This document shows, one piece after another, positions 48,074 to 60,221 of a DNA stretch of 64,000 nt. Origin of the DNA: Negaprion brevirostris. Taxonomy: Eukaryota. Below the pieces are notes generated by a model. That model ran no database searches, was not told the origin of the DNA, and saw only the letters and a list, made by a program, of their open reading frames with translations. The first letter of the stretch is position 1. Each line of letters opens with the position of its first letter. A program made the position numbers and the translations under genes. The DNA lies in contig JARDVH010000167.1 of assembly GCA_030324005.1 (NCBI GenBank), positions 12,455,053-12,519,052 on the forward strand, given 5' to 3'.

Positions 48074-51000
48074 CTATCGAGTATAGAGGTTAAAAACGTC
48101 ACCTGGTCAACAACATACTCATACAGAAAGCAAGGTGATTAATGCTACGCAAAGTAGATTTGCGTGTGGGCGGTAAATCATTCGATTTTACATTCCTAAC
48201 TGTTACCTATTAACCCTTATTAGAACTTGATTGCATGAGGTTGGGGCTGCCCTTGACTGACACGCCATTTAGTTGATTCATTGTCAAAGGTCACTCTTGG
48301 ATAATGACCACTGAGCAAAGTTATGGGAGAGTGATTGGGGGTGTGGTTGCATTGACATTCATAGACGAAAAGCACAAAACTTGAGCGCAAACACGTCTCA
48401 TGTGGCTGGAATAGTGCCAGCCTCGACTTGTGATCAATCTACATGCCTATCCTTTTCCCTCCTGAACGACTGGCAGTGGACAAAAAATGTTATTCTTACA
48501 AGAGAAACTCAATAATTATCTCGCCAACAGCTCAGCATTTAAAAAGCAACATTACAAAATGTCAGCCAATCAAGCTGGAATCAGATCCAACAAATGCAAC
48601 TTCCTGCCGCTGCCAACTGCTGTGGAGCTTTGACAACAATCCTGATTGCAATAATGCAAGTCATTGCTGGTACGCTACTGGAAACTGGGTCAGCATCCTA
48701 ATGCGACTTGTTCCTGCATGTAATGAGTCCACATCAGTCAAGTAGAATCAGTGAAAGAACTAATCAGATGGCAATTACCAAGATAAAACTGCAGGCGGAG
48801 GGCCATGGAGTAAGGGTCTGTTTTCAGAGAACAGATCAACAAGAGTCTCACTGGGTGCAATTCTGAAGGCCTGGTTGATGCCCTTATTCCTATGCTTATT
48901 TTGTAAAAGCTTGAATGTAGCAGAAACTAGTTGGACAGTTCAGCAGCTGAAGATAACAGTCTTTTATATGCTCTGCACAACTTCACATTCATGATTTTCA
49001 TCCTTCAGTCAAACTTATCTTGTTCTCTGAACTGATCTCAAAGGCAATACTTTCGCCACAGGGTGGCACCAAGCCCAGTCTCGTCAGGAGCAAGAGAAGT
49101 GATCCTCCAAAAGGCCCAAGATTCCTGTCACAATTCAGGAAATGCTCTCAGCACTTCATTCGAATGCCCTTGCCCATTTCATCTCCCTCCCACACTTAAC
49201 AATGCAAGATGCTGCAATAGTGAGCTGGTAAAGATGCAATACCTTGTACGGTGCACAGCTAGTCTGCATTGCTTTAGTCAAATCGGACTGAAGGATCATG
49301 ACGTCAACAGTGCAAGTGAACAAGGAAGTGCAAGTTGGAGTGGTAAATTCAATGCCAAATTCANNNNNNNNNNNNNNNNNNNNNNNNNNNNNNNNNNNNN
49401 NNNNNNNNNNNNNNNNNNNNNNNNNNNNNNNNNNNNNNNNNNNNNNNNNNNNNNNNNNNNNNNGCCAAATTCAGGTGCAGAAAGGAAAATAGACAAGAAA
49501 AGATTTGACCAGGGCAGGGGAGAAAAAGGAGACAATGAAAAAAGTAAATCAATTTAATTGAAAGAAAACACAATGACAATTAAAAGGTGAAGCAATGAAG
49601 CTCACACTTGGAGCAGTGAAAAGTTGATGCAGTATTTAACACATCATGTTGTTTAAAAATTGTTTTAAAAATCAATGATGAGTTTCGTTCACATTTTCTG
49701 CACAATTGTAGGAAGTTCACCTCACTTGAATCCAAAAAAGTGATGCTAATAGGAGTAACTGACGGCAACTTCTCAATTTCCACATTCAAGCTTCTACCTG
49801 TCCTTCACCCCAAATTTCTGGAGCACTTTCACATCGACTATCAGCATTTCTTTTGACAGCATCTTTTGGCCCAAGAAAATAACACCACCATCACCCCCTC
49901 CAATTTTCAGCCTTTCGTCCGAGGAGAGAAAATGGAAAAATATGCCATCATCTTCATTTCCTTTCTGATTACATCACCGCACTTCTGTGCCCACAGCTCA
50001 GAACATGTACACAGTTCTCAACCACAAAGGAAAAACAAAAATTCAGATCAAAATGATTCGACCAGACCGTGCTCATCAAACAAGTTTCAGACTTGCAGTC
50101 ACTCTCATTAAAACCTTTGGCAGCACCACACAGCTCTCTTTGAACTCAATGCCAACTATTTTCGACAATCGTATATATTTACTTCGTGAAAACCCAGACA
50201 GCAAAGATCACGATAGCAACGTGCCAGGTTGTAGCTGGCACATTTGGCGATGCTCAGCTCACAAGGATTCTTTGTCATTTTCTGGGCTTGTTATAGATCA
50301 CAATTGAGCTTTAACCACACATTGTGGTGGCAATCCATCAGCCTGACAAGGGCATGCCAACGGAACAAAGCTTTTTAGGTTCATGTTTTTTTATTAAAAC
50401 CCACTTAACAGATTTATCCCAAAACGAGGAGTTCCACCTGTACATCACTTTATATGGTTCCTTCATTTTGGTGACCTGCTTTGATTGCCCAATTCCTCTT
50501 TCCAAATCTCAGACTCCTCCGTGATTTCCTTGCTCAGGTCTTTCATTACTATTTTGAAAGGGGGTTTCTTTCCACTGCTGTTTAACTCAACTGTCCAAAT
50601 AACACCATTGATCAGGTCAGGAAACGGTCAAGAGCTGATTTGCCACTTTGGCAACTAAACCTGGACAAGGAGGTATTTGTGGCCAGTTTAGAAATCAACA
50701 CCCATCAATGAATGTAAAAAGTACTGGCCAGCTTTAATCTCTAAGGAACTGTGAGTAAATCTACAAATAGGTATTGTTGTTCAATAACTATGCACAGGCA
50801 ATCTCAGATCCTCTGGGATCTGCCATTGTACAGCAACAAGTGAGCTGATCGGCTAATAACCACCATCGTGACATGGAATGTTGGCTAGGACCAGAAAAGG
50901 GAGCAAGTGGGGTCAAAATGTCAAATTTCAGACTGTGTACCATGAAAAAAAACTGGATAGTTCCCCATTCAGGTTTGGTTGACAGAAGCAGTTGATAAAT

Positions 51001-51276
51001 TCTTGGCCATTTCCTGGACTTACTAAAACGGCAATGTACTCCAGACCCACATGGAACCATTTTAAGACCTAATGCAATTTCTGATCAGACCTGAAAGCAT
51101 TCAACATTTAAATTTATTATGATGACAATAGAAAACATTGACCTCACAGCAATGTGAAGTATTCAATAGACTCTGAAATGGTCTCGCAAGACACTCAGTT
51201 CAAAGGCAATTGGGGATGTGCAATAAATGTTGGTCACATCCTACTGATGAATTTTAAAAAAAGACTTAACGGCCAT

Positions 51277-51316
<40 letters not shown>

Positions 51317-51318
51317 AC
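51277..51318. repeat. (CA)n microsatellite
   Basis: About 20 CA units with one interruption. Confidence 0.95.
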
Positions 51319-52156
51319 TTTGAATTACAACATAATTCTATTGTTTATTATTCGACATATAAACTTCTGAAACAGCTACTGATTGCGACTGGTTGCTCTG
51401 TGTCCTCCAAGTGCTGATAATGATTTCAGAAATTTCTGTTGAGACTTAAATTTTATCTCAGTACACCTTTAATGTAATAAAATGTTCCAAGACTTTTTAC
51501 AGAAGCAATGCAAAGCATAATTTGACACCAAACGCTAAAGCAGATATTGGTGCACGGAACCAAAACGTTTAGTCAAAGAGATAAATTTTAAGGAACATCT
51601 TAAAGGACGAATGATAGGTGTAGAGGTTGATGGAGCTGAGGCCCTTGGCATGTTACGGCTGGACAGTCAGGCCCCAGAATGGGACTCTGGCTCACTAGAC
51701 CATAGCTTCTATTGTTTGGTTAGAGATGTAAATGAACAGAATCACAGGAGTACCAATTAACTTTTTAAAAAAGGAACAAAACATTGATTAAACATAAAAA
51801 GATTGACTAGAATACACGACTTCTTCACCCAACTTGCATCTTCAGAGTTGTACACAGTTTTAAGAATAACATGTTACAAAATATCATAGTGTTCTCACTA
51901 AGTACACAATCCATATGAACAACAGATCAACTATGGTCAAATACACCACATTCTTAAACCAAGAGGCAGATCCCATCCAAAACAATTTAAATGGATTTCT
52001 CATGAAATCCCCGAGATGCCTGTCACACTGTGAGCTCGCTGGTCTCACTGGAACCATGACTTCCACACAAAGGTTTCCAATCATCATTCCGAAAAACACA
52101 CCTTGAAATCTTTTCCTACCCAAAACACTCTCTCAGATGACCTATCATGCTCCTAC

Positions 52157-52284
52157 CTCACTCAGCAATCCTCTGCAATCAGAGTCGTTCATTTCCCTGT
52201 AACCCGGACTTGTCATCTCCACATCCGTAGAAGCCCGACTACGTTTTTTCAGTGGCTTGCAGGAATCAGAAAGCTCACTGGCAC
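52157..52284 (-). CDS. NSD3: NSD3 exon (~10): ASELSDSCKPLKKRSRASTDVEMTSPGYREMNDSDCRGLLSE
   Basis: AG/GT boundaries, 128 nt, phase 1/0. Human has ASEISDSCKPLKKRSRASTDVEMT. Confidence 0.96.
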
Positions 52285-52611
52285 CTAAGAGCAAAAGACA
52301 GTATGGCAGAAGTTACAGTTTTGGTCTGTGCCCTATGCTCCATGCAGCACAGTGAATAGACAGGAGTCATGAGATAAACTAACCCATGTCATTTAAAATA
52401 CATTAGGACATGTACATGGATGGGAAAGGTTTAGCGGGATACAGGCCAAATGCAGGCAAATGGGACTAGTTCAGTTTGGGAAACCTGGTTGGCATGGACG
52501 AGTTGGGCCGCAGGGCCTGCATATCTCAAGGACACAGTGACTCTATGTTTGGAAGTTACTTTCCAAATTGAAATAGGAATGTTCATCAAGCATCGCTACT
52601 GTAGAACATTG

Positions 52612-52930
52612 TGCGGCACGGTAGCTGCTTCACAGCTCCAGGGACCTGGGTTCAATTATCAGCTCGGGTCACTGTCTGTGTGGAGTTTGCACATTCTCCC
52701 CACGTCTGCACGGGTTCCGTCCGAGTGGTCCGGTTTCCTCCCACAGTCCAAAGATGTGCGAGTTAGGTTGATTGGCCATGCTAAAATTGCCCCTTCGTCT
52801 CCTGAGATGTGCAGGTTAGAGGGATTAGCAGGTAAATGTGTAGGGATGTGGGGATAGGACCTGGGTGGGATTGTGATCAGTGAAGACGCGATGGGCTGAA
52901 GGGCCTGTTTCTGCACTGTAGGGTTCTATG
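52612..52930 (+). mobile_element. HE1 V-SINE, near full length
   Basis: GCGGCACGGTAG...GGAGTTTGCACATTCTCCC...GATGGGCTGAAGGGCCTGTTTCTGCACTGTAGGGTTCTATG. Confidence 0.9.
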
Positions 52931-52948
52931 TGGTAATTGGTGCCTTAC

Positions 52949-53042
52949 CTGGCAGAGCTGAACTTATTGTCCCATGTGCATGGAGTAATGAGGCACCTCT
53001 CTGTGGGCTAATCATCTCTGCTGTCGTTGGAATAGCTTCCAT
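52949..53042 (-). CDS. NSD3: NSD3 exon (~9): MEAIPTTAEMISPQRG(ASLLHAHGTISSALPG); two possible donors (52997 or 52949)
   Basis: cacag acceptor. Both donors give phase 0/1, which is needed to bridge the neighbouring exons. Confidence 0.75.
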
Positions 53043-54104
53043 CTGTGAACCAAAACACAAATCATAAATGCAAATTAACAGTGAATCCAAAAGATTTCTC
53101 TCAGTACTGTTCACAAATCAATATCAAGTAATGATTGAGTATGGTAATGAGAGGGCACATTTCACTGAAAATTCAAGACAAGTGCCTTTGGAATGCGTCA
53201 GCCTTCCAGTTTCTCACAAAGAGTATAGCTGATTACTGAGTGATTGATACTCATACCACTGGTTCACACCAATCAATTCAAGTGTTTGATGATCTATTTT
53301 TTCACCCATCATGTCCCACCTCAACTACAGCATGTCCGAAGTAAGGTTTGAACTGAACATGAAATCAAAAAAAAAATGCATATTTCACAAGAACATAGTT
53401 AAACTAATCCACTGAATTAGGAGTAGTGCTTTCATTCAAGTCTTTGCTTGAATTCCCTGGCTTGGACTCAAACATGATTGTCCTGCCCAGACCAGTGACT
53501 CACAGCTAAATTTGCATGTGCAACCTGCATGCGTGCTGCAAACTCAATGTTCATCAATACTGTTCAGTCAGTTATCCTGATGTGGACTTTCTTTTCAGCC
53601 TCTGACATTTGCGATGCTGCATCTTTTATTTTCACCAGGGAAAAATACAAGACAAATTTCAAAATCTTCTAGCTAAACTTGGAGTGATGTGTGTTAAATG
53701 CAGTGAAGTTGTCTAACCAACTTTATTTCAGGGTATTTCAGTTCTCAAATAAAAATTGAAACCACAAATTTTCTCCCTTATTCTGTTAAGCCAATTTATT
53801 GTTTACAACAGAGAGACACTGTAAATTGCATTTGATATAGTTCAATAATTGTGTTTGATAATTGGAAAAGTACCATGTTTAGGAGATGCAAGTGAAAAAA
53901 ATTAAAGCAAAATCTCAAAGGAACTGCTATTTGACATTTAAATTTCGTCTTTAAAATAAAAGGTCTTCAGTTCGGGAGCAGACAAAACCCCTTTTAAGTC
54001 TGTGAAGAGATAGGGAATGAGAATGGGAAGTGGCATGGGCTGTGGAAGGATAAAGGGTTGGGTAGGTGCTATGGATGGAACAATTACTTACTTAAAAGGG
54101 AGTC

Positions 54105-54285
54105 ATGATGGAGAGGTGTTGGTGTTGGATGGGGTAGCACAGTAAGAAGTCTCAACACCAGGTTCAAGTCCAACAGGTTTATTTGGCACCACAAGTTTTT
54201 GGAGCGCCTGATGAACAGGCAGTGCTCTGAAAGCTCGTGCTACCAAATAAACCTGTTGGACTTGAACCTGGTGTTGAGACACTTG
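54105..54285. repeat. Head-to-head Penelope pLTR ends (family B) forming a perfect 38-bp inverted repeat
   Basis: 54149-54186 is the exact reverse complement of 54243-54280. CTGATGA...GAAA lies in the loop. Confidence 0.9.
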
Positions 54286-54859
54286 GAATGGAGCATCATA
54301 CATCTAAGTTTACACATGTTAAGTTTGAAGACCCGGTTAATGAAATAAAAGGGAGCAAAATGCAACAAAGCCAACAGACAAATTAACTGATTTGGCAAAA
54401 CTATTGGTTGAATCAAATACAGGTAACATGAACCTCATCTGTATTCTGTTAAGTTTAGGCAGCTGAGTGATTAACTAAGCACAGTGTTAAATTAATAAAG
54501 GAAATAACTTGGTAGTGAAAAACTACTGGTTCTTACTGAAAAATCCAGAAAAAGTGGGCGTGAACTGAGAACTAGGCCATTCAGAAACAAAATCTGAAAG
54601 CACATTCTTCGCACAAATAGAAGTGGAATTTTCCAACTCGTTTCCCCTGCCGAAAAGCTGTAGATTCTGGGGCAATTGGAACTTTCAACACCAACTGATA
54701 TTTCCTAGTTAAGCGTACCTAAGGATTTGGATCAAAGATGGGCAAATGGAATTTAGGGACAATTCAGCTGTGAACCAAGAAAGGGGGCCTGAATGGGATA
54801 TTTCTGTTTCCTGTGTCTTTGACGACGTCCTAACACGAGTTTGTCTCCACTCTAACAAC

Positions 54860-55085
54860 CATAGATAGGATGGAAACGCATCATCTTTTCCCCAGGGAAT
54901 GCGAATTAAAAGTAGAGGGTTTTGCATCAAGACGGAGGGTAAAATTTAAAAGGGGCCTGAGGGGTAACTTCTTCAGAGAGGGTGGTGCGCATATGGAATG
55001 AGCTGCCAGAGAAAGTGGTTGAGGCAGCAACATTTAAAAAACATTTGGATAACTGCATAGATGGAAAAGGATTAGTGGGATATAC
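54860..55085 (+). mobile_element. CR1 3' fragment
   Basis: RVVRIWNELPEKVVEAATFKKHLD. Confidence 0.85.
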
Positions 55086-55436
55086 AAAGAACAAAGAACA
55101 ACCCAGCACGGGAAACAGGCCCTTCGGCCCTATGAGCCCGCGCTGCCATTTCAACAAAGCATTTTCCTACATCTACCCTGCCCCGTGTGTACGTGAATGG
55201 AACCCCTAATGTAGCCAGATTCAGGGGAGAATAGTGTAGGGTCAATTTGGTACACCAATCAGCCTAAGANNNNNNNNNNNNNNNNNNNNNNNNNNNNNNN
55301 NNNNNNNNNNNNNNNNNNNNNNNNNNNNNNNNNNNNNNNNNNNNNNNNNNNNNNNNNNNNNNNNNNNNNTTGGGCCAAAGGGCCCGTTTCCATGCTCTCT
55401 GGCTCTGTAACCAACCCCATGGCTCAAAGGACATAC

Positions 55437-55528
55437 CTGTTCTTTTCGCATTTTCTTTTTTGGCACAACTTCAGTAGATTTCTCAGATTCTGAACGGCTT
55501 CTAACTGATCTTCTTTGCTGTTTCCTTT
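55437..55528 (-). CDS. NSD3: NSD3 exon (~8): RKQQRRSVRSRSESEKSTEVVPKKKMRKEQ
   Basis: AG/GT boundaries, 92 nt, phase 1/0. Human has QQRRSIRTRSESEKSTEVVPKKKIKKEQ. Confidence 0.96.
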
Positions 55529-56270
55529 CTGAAGGACATGAAAGAGAACTTTAAACCAAAACAAAGCAACTAAGAACTCTGGCATTCACGCTGGTATGAA
55601 ATATCAAAAGGCTCTGACGAGGATCTATTAGACAGATTAGCTGAATTTGGGATATTCAACATTTGAAACAAAAGAAAACTCCACTTCTCCTACAATGAAA
55701 AGATAATCCTCTCCGACTTCCCACTACTTTTCCCAGACCCCCAACCCTTAAATTAATGTTTAAATCTGACAGTTAAATTAAATAATCATAACACTGAGTG
55801 GAGAACAAGAAACTCTTTTACAGCTCACACTGAAGGTTCACAAAGAGCAGGAAAAGGCCTGGCTTGGCTCAGACCCAAACTTTCACACTAAGTTCAGATT
55901 GCAATTTTATCAGTTAGGCTTCATTCCGTAATCCTGGAGTTGCCTGGCCAATGGTAATGATATTCAATATGAAACTCAGTATTTTCCAGTTTGGATTTAC
56001 ACTCACACTTGCAAGAATAGCATGCCTGCCACACTGGCAGCATCACCAGAGTGATGCCCTGGGGTGGCCCTTCCTTCCAACACAAGAACGCACACACACT
56101 CCCCCACCCAGACACACCTTAACCTGTGAGTCACCATATCTGTGCCTTTCTGCAGCCAACTTTCAGAGTCGTTTGAGGAGTTGAGAGAGAAAACCCTGCC
56201 TGCATTTCAGAGGAATGATGGGTGAAGAGTACAACATACTGAAGTTAAGGGGACCAAGCTAAGCGTTTAC

Positions 56271-56409
56271 CTGAAGCAGTCAGGTGTATCTCTCCATGCA
56301 GAGAGGAATGAACTTCCCCTTCCCGTTTCTCACTCCGTAGGCTTAATGGTGTGATGAGAACTTCGTTGGCATCTTTTGGCGACGGCTCTGCCTTAATACT
56401 CGTCCCCTT
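56271..56409 (-). CDS. NSD3: NSD3 exon (~7): KGTSIKAEPSPKDANEVLITPLSLRSEK...LTAS
   Basis: cctag acceptor, CAG|gtaaac donor, 139 nt, open frame, phase 0/1 bridges the neighbours. Similarity to human is weak. Confidence 0.8.
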
Positions 56410-56784
56410 CTAGGAATAAAATGATTCCATTACCCACACAAAGCCAAAATCAGCTGCCATCACCTCCCTGAGGTGCCCCAAACACAAAGGGAAGTCATGA
56501 GAAAGAAGGAAACAAAAGGAAAGGAAGATAAAATGTCAAGTCTTCAAAATTATTTGGTGAGAAAATACAAATTTTAATTCAAATGGACCTTTCAAAGCAG
56601 TCCAGATCTACTTCTTATTCTGATAACCATAAAATGAAAATACATTCTCGGGAGATTTTACTTTACTGATAGAAAATATACTGAGAGTTTGCAAATCTCT
56701 TCCCCTGTTCTGCATCTTATCAGTAAAATTGATACAACACAGCAACATTAGAGGGCACGTTTCTGGGCAAACAGCACAGGGAAG

Positions 56785-57060
56785 GGGCAGCACAGTGGCA
56801 CAATGGTTAGCACTGCTGCCTCATTGCGTCAGGAACCTGGGTTCAATTCCTGGTTTGGGTCACTGTCTGTGTGAAGTCTGCATGTTATCCCCGTGTCTGC
56901 ATGAGCTCTCTCCGGATGCTCCAGTTTCTTCCTCGAAAGATACGCTGGTTAGCTGGATTGACCCGATCAGGTGCCAGACTGTGGTGAATAGGGGGAATTT
57001 CACAGTAACTTCATTGCAGTGTTAATGTAAGCCTTACTGTGACTAATAATTAAACTTTAT
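56785..57060 (+). mobile_element. V-SINE, tail type 2
   Basis: GGGGCAGCACAGTGGCACAATGGTTAGCACTGC...CTTCATTGCAGTGTTAATGTAAGCCTTACTGTGACTAATAA. Confidence 0.9.
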
Positions 57061-58466
57061 TTTAAGACGTAGGATACGAAAATCTCTCAATCCAACGAGC
57101 AGGTTTAATTTTAATTGTGTATAATTCTATCTTCTTTGAAGTTTCAATTTTACATTCCTCCTGTCTTTCTCAACCATTCAAATAACTTTATCCAAAATCC
57201 CAAATATTTCTCTTTGAACCTTCTTCCAGCTCAGACGGAATTCTTTGTTGACATTTTCAAAGCAGTTCCATAATCAGCTAACCGGATGCGGATTTTGCCC
57301 AACACGATGCAGGCATTATTCTGACTGAAAGAACGCTAAGTGGCGAGTCTTCTCATCTGGAATATTTCCGTGGGAATCAAATACATATTACAAATGTTCT
57401 AAAATAATCTTAAAAACTCAGGACACTTTTTTGCAGCAAGAAAACTCTCACTAGGAAACAGATTATCCCAAATCATCACCGTAGCTTTAGCTGGAGGAAG
57501 GCAGGAGAGAAAATGGGGAAGGAAAACATTATTTTGAAAAAGCCAAGTTAGAAGATTTGCTAAGTGTGTTATCTAATTTCTGTAGATCATTTAAACCAAA
57601 GTAGACACATGTACACCCTACAGAACAATGCAAGTTCCATTCACCAGAAGAAAACATTTTTATGTCAACATCCCATCACTCTGGACAACCATGAGACAAG
57701 TATAAACAATACATTAATGAACACAGTCAGCNNNNNNNNNNNNNNNNNNNNNNNNNNNNNNNNNNNNNNNNNNNNNNNNNNNNNNNNNNNNNNNNNNNNN
57801 NNNNNNNNNNNNNNNNNNNNNNNNNNNNNNNTAATGAACACAGTCAGCATCTCCAGCAGGAAGGTGCATGGCATTTTAATGTGCCCAGTCATTCTGTTCA
57901 CATTTGGCACTTGGTCACCAACACAGCATCGGTCTACAAGAACAGATCATAATTTTATACATCATTCAAGTTGTCAATGAAGGAATTTTCACTTTCTGCA
58001 AGAACTTCTGCAATTCTCTCTCACTCTGTGGCATATTATGCAAATACTGATGACAACACGTGATCTTAGAAAAACTTCAACCAGAGCTGCTTATGAAGTA
58101 CAGAAAGTAGTGTGTCTGCAGCTGATTAGCTGCCTGACATCCAAACAAGCAGATAACAGTCTCAGGTGGCAGGCGTCCATCCCAAAGCTCAGGAACAACA
58201 GAAACACGGAATGATTCCATTTGTCTTTTTTTCACCTCAGTTTAAGAACATAAGAAATAAGAGCAGAAGGTGGATAGTTGGCCTGCTTGACCATTCAATA
58301 CAGTCTTGACTTATCTTCAACATTTACATCATCCACCAGGCGTTGGCATAGGCTGGATTTAGTACTGGTTGCAGTCTGGTATCTCACGAAATGGCGAGTA
58401 AAATGATACTTTGCCTTTACTTTTGCTATTTTAATCATGTCTCTCCACAGGATTTTGTCAGCACCA

Positions 58467-59154
58467 TGTTATCTGCAGCCAGTGTCCTCTAATTGATACT
58501 GAAGTGACAGACATCATGCTTTTAATCTGAACTAATACAGGGTCCTGTGGTTTTTGGTGTCCCTTGGGATTGCTGAGTGGACCTTGATTGAGGATGACTG
58601 ACAGGTCAGGTGATATGTCTGGGGAAGCTTTTTTTTTAAAAAATCACAGAGCATCCCTCAGTTTTAAATTTTGTTTCAGTTGCTGCCAGAAGCTGGTGGA
58701 AGGAGGCAGTGTCTCTGTCTCTCTCGCTCCAGGGGCTTTTTGATAGTTTCAAGATGGGGGAGCCTCAGAGAATTGATCCAACATTCAAAGGACCAGATGC
58801 CAAAAAGCTGAAGATCCAGCATCATGTGAGCATACTTGCTTTTTTGTGCTCAGTCTGAAGAAGGGCGTTTGTCTGCGGGATGGTGTTCGATTTGGAAAAA
58901 CATAGATAGCTAGCTGTTAAGGATTGTACTAGATTGTGTTTAAGTCTTGTAATTGTTAAAAGTTATGCTAATTCATTGTATTATATTTTAACTGTGTTCT
59001 GAAATAAACTTTGTTTCATGAAAGGTTCTTAGTGGGTCAGTTAAATCATATCTGGAGAACACCTTCTGCTCACCCATGCCAAAATCAAATGTAAAATTTT
59101 CCGTTTAGACTAACTTCATAAAACACCTGGGAATTTCTAGCCTGGGTCTTAACA
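58467..59154 (+). mobile_element. Probable solo LTR (about 690 bp)
   Basis: TGTTA...TAACA termini, internal AATAAA at about 59004, flanks ACCA and ACTG. Confidence 0.5.
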
Positions 59155-59684
59155 ACTGGCTTTTAAATGCAATCTGATAGTGCATCAGAGCTGACGAAGC
59201 CAGTGCTCTCTCATTCTCCCTCTCTCTCAGGCACATTTATTTTCCAGCAGGAGTCACAGGACAGTAGTCAAGCAACAGCAATCCCAAGTGGGATTCCTGG
59301 CTTTCGTTTATTTTCACTTGCCTTCCTCATTGCAGTCATCGGCATCAATTATATTTCCCTCAAATGGAAGAAAATGGCCCAAGAAAATAAAATATGGGAT
59401 TCAAGGTGAGGGGGCCGGGTGGGGGAAGTTGTGCAGTGAATGGATCTCTCAATGGGATGTCATGGGATTGCAAACAGAGTGACTGGTGGGCTGTTATTGT
59501 AGCTTCAAACAAAGGAAACAACCTTACCCATTTAAAACTGAAGACTGACACTGATTGTTATGCCCAACATGCACACAAAACAATTCAATCAATCACCAAC
59601 AGATCAAGCAAGGAATATGGGGCAAAACAATCAAATGACATTTGCCTCTTTTTAACCCTTCAAAACAATCTATTTAATAATTAC

Positions 59685-60221
59685 CCTTGTGGTACTCCTC
59701 TTAAAGGCAATTAAATACTGATTACGCAATTTTCCATTGGCATCTTTCTTCTCGATTGCAAGTACCTGATCATTTTTTCTTATGGGCAACACCTCACAGT
59801 CAGAGCTGCCACCATTTCTTTTCTCAGCCTGGTTTCCCTTGAGGTTTGCAAGGGAAGGCGGCAGTGATTTTCGAGCCGCAGCTGTTCGCCAAGTCATTTT
59901 GGGGGGAGGCTCTTGGATATTTGCTTGCCTTTCGGGTGTGAGCTGACCTGTGTCACTGGCAGCAGGGATCACAAGAGCTGCCTGCTTCACCACTGCGTGG
60001 TCACGTGGAGGACTGGATAACGTTCCCAGTCGTCTATTTCTCTTCACTTCAACATTTAACGACGTTGCAGTCGTATCTGCTGACACATCAGGCTTCTCGT
60101 CCACATAAATGAAAGTGTACTGTGCTATCCTTTCCTCCTGAGTCAATCTCAATGCATCTTCGACTTGAGCAATGCCAACATCCCACTGAGGGCGAATTCG
60201 TTGTGCTATAGGCTTCAGAAT
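59685..60221 (-). CDS. NSD3: NSD3 exon (~6): end of PWWP1 region, ILKPIAQRIRPQWDVGIAQ...EERIAQYTFIY...WRTAAARKSLP...
   Basis: catag acceptor, AGG|gtaatt donor, 537 nt, open frame, phase 0/0. Human has QWDIGIAHAEKALKMTREERIEQYTFIY and AAARKSLP. Confidence 0.93.

Noticed and set aside
49353-49472. GCCAAATTCA on both sides of a gap
   Set aside because: Typical contig-overlap artefact around a 100-N gap.
57715-57849. TAATGAACACAGTCAGC duplicated across a gap
   Set aside because: Probably a scaffolding overlap or collapsed tandem repeat; cannot be interpreted.
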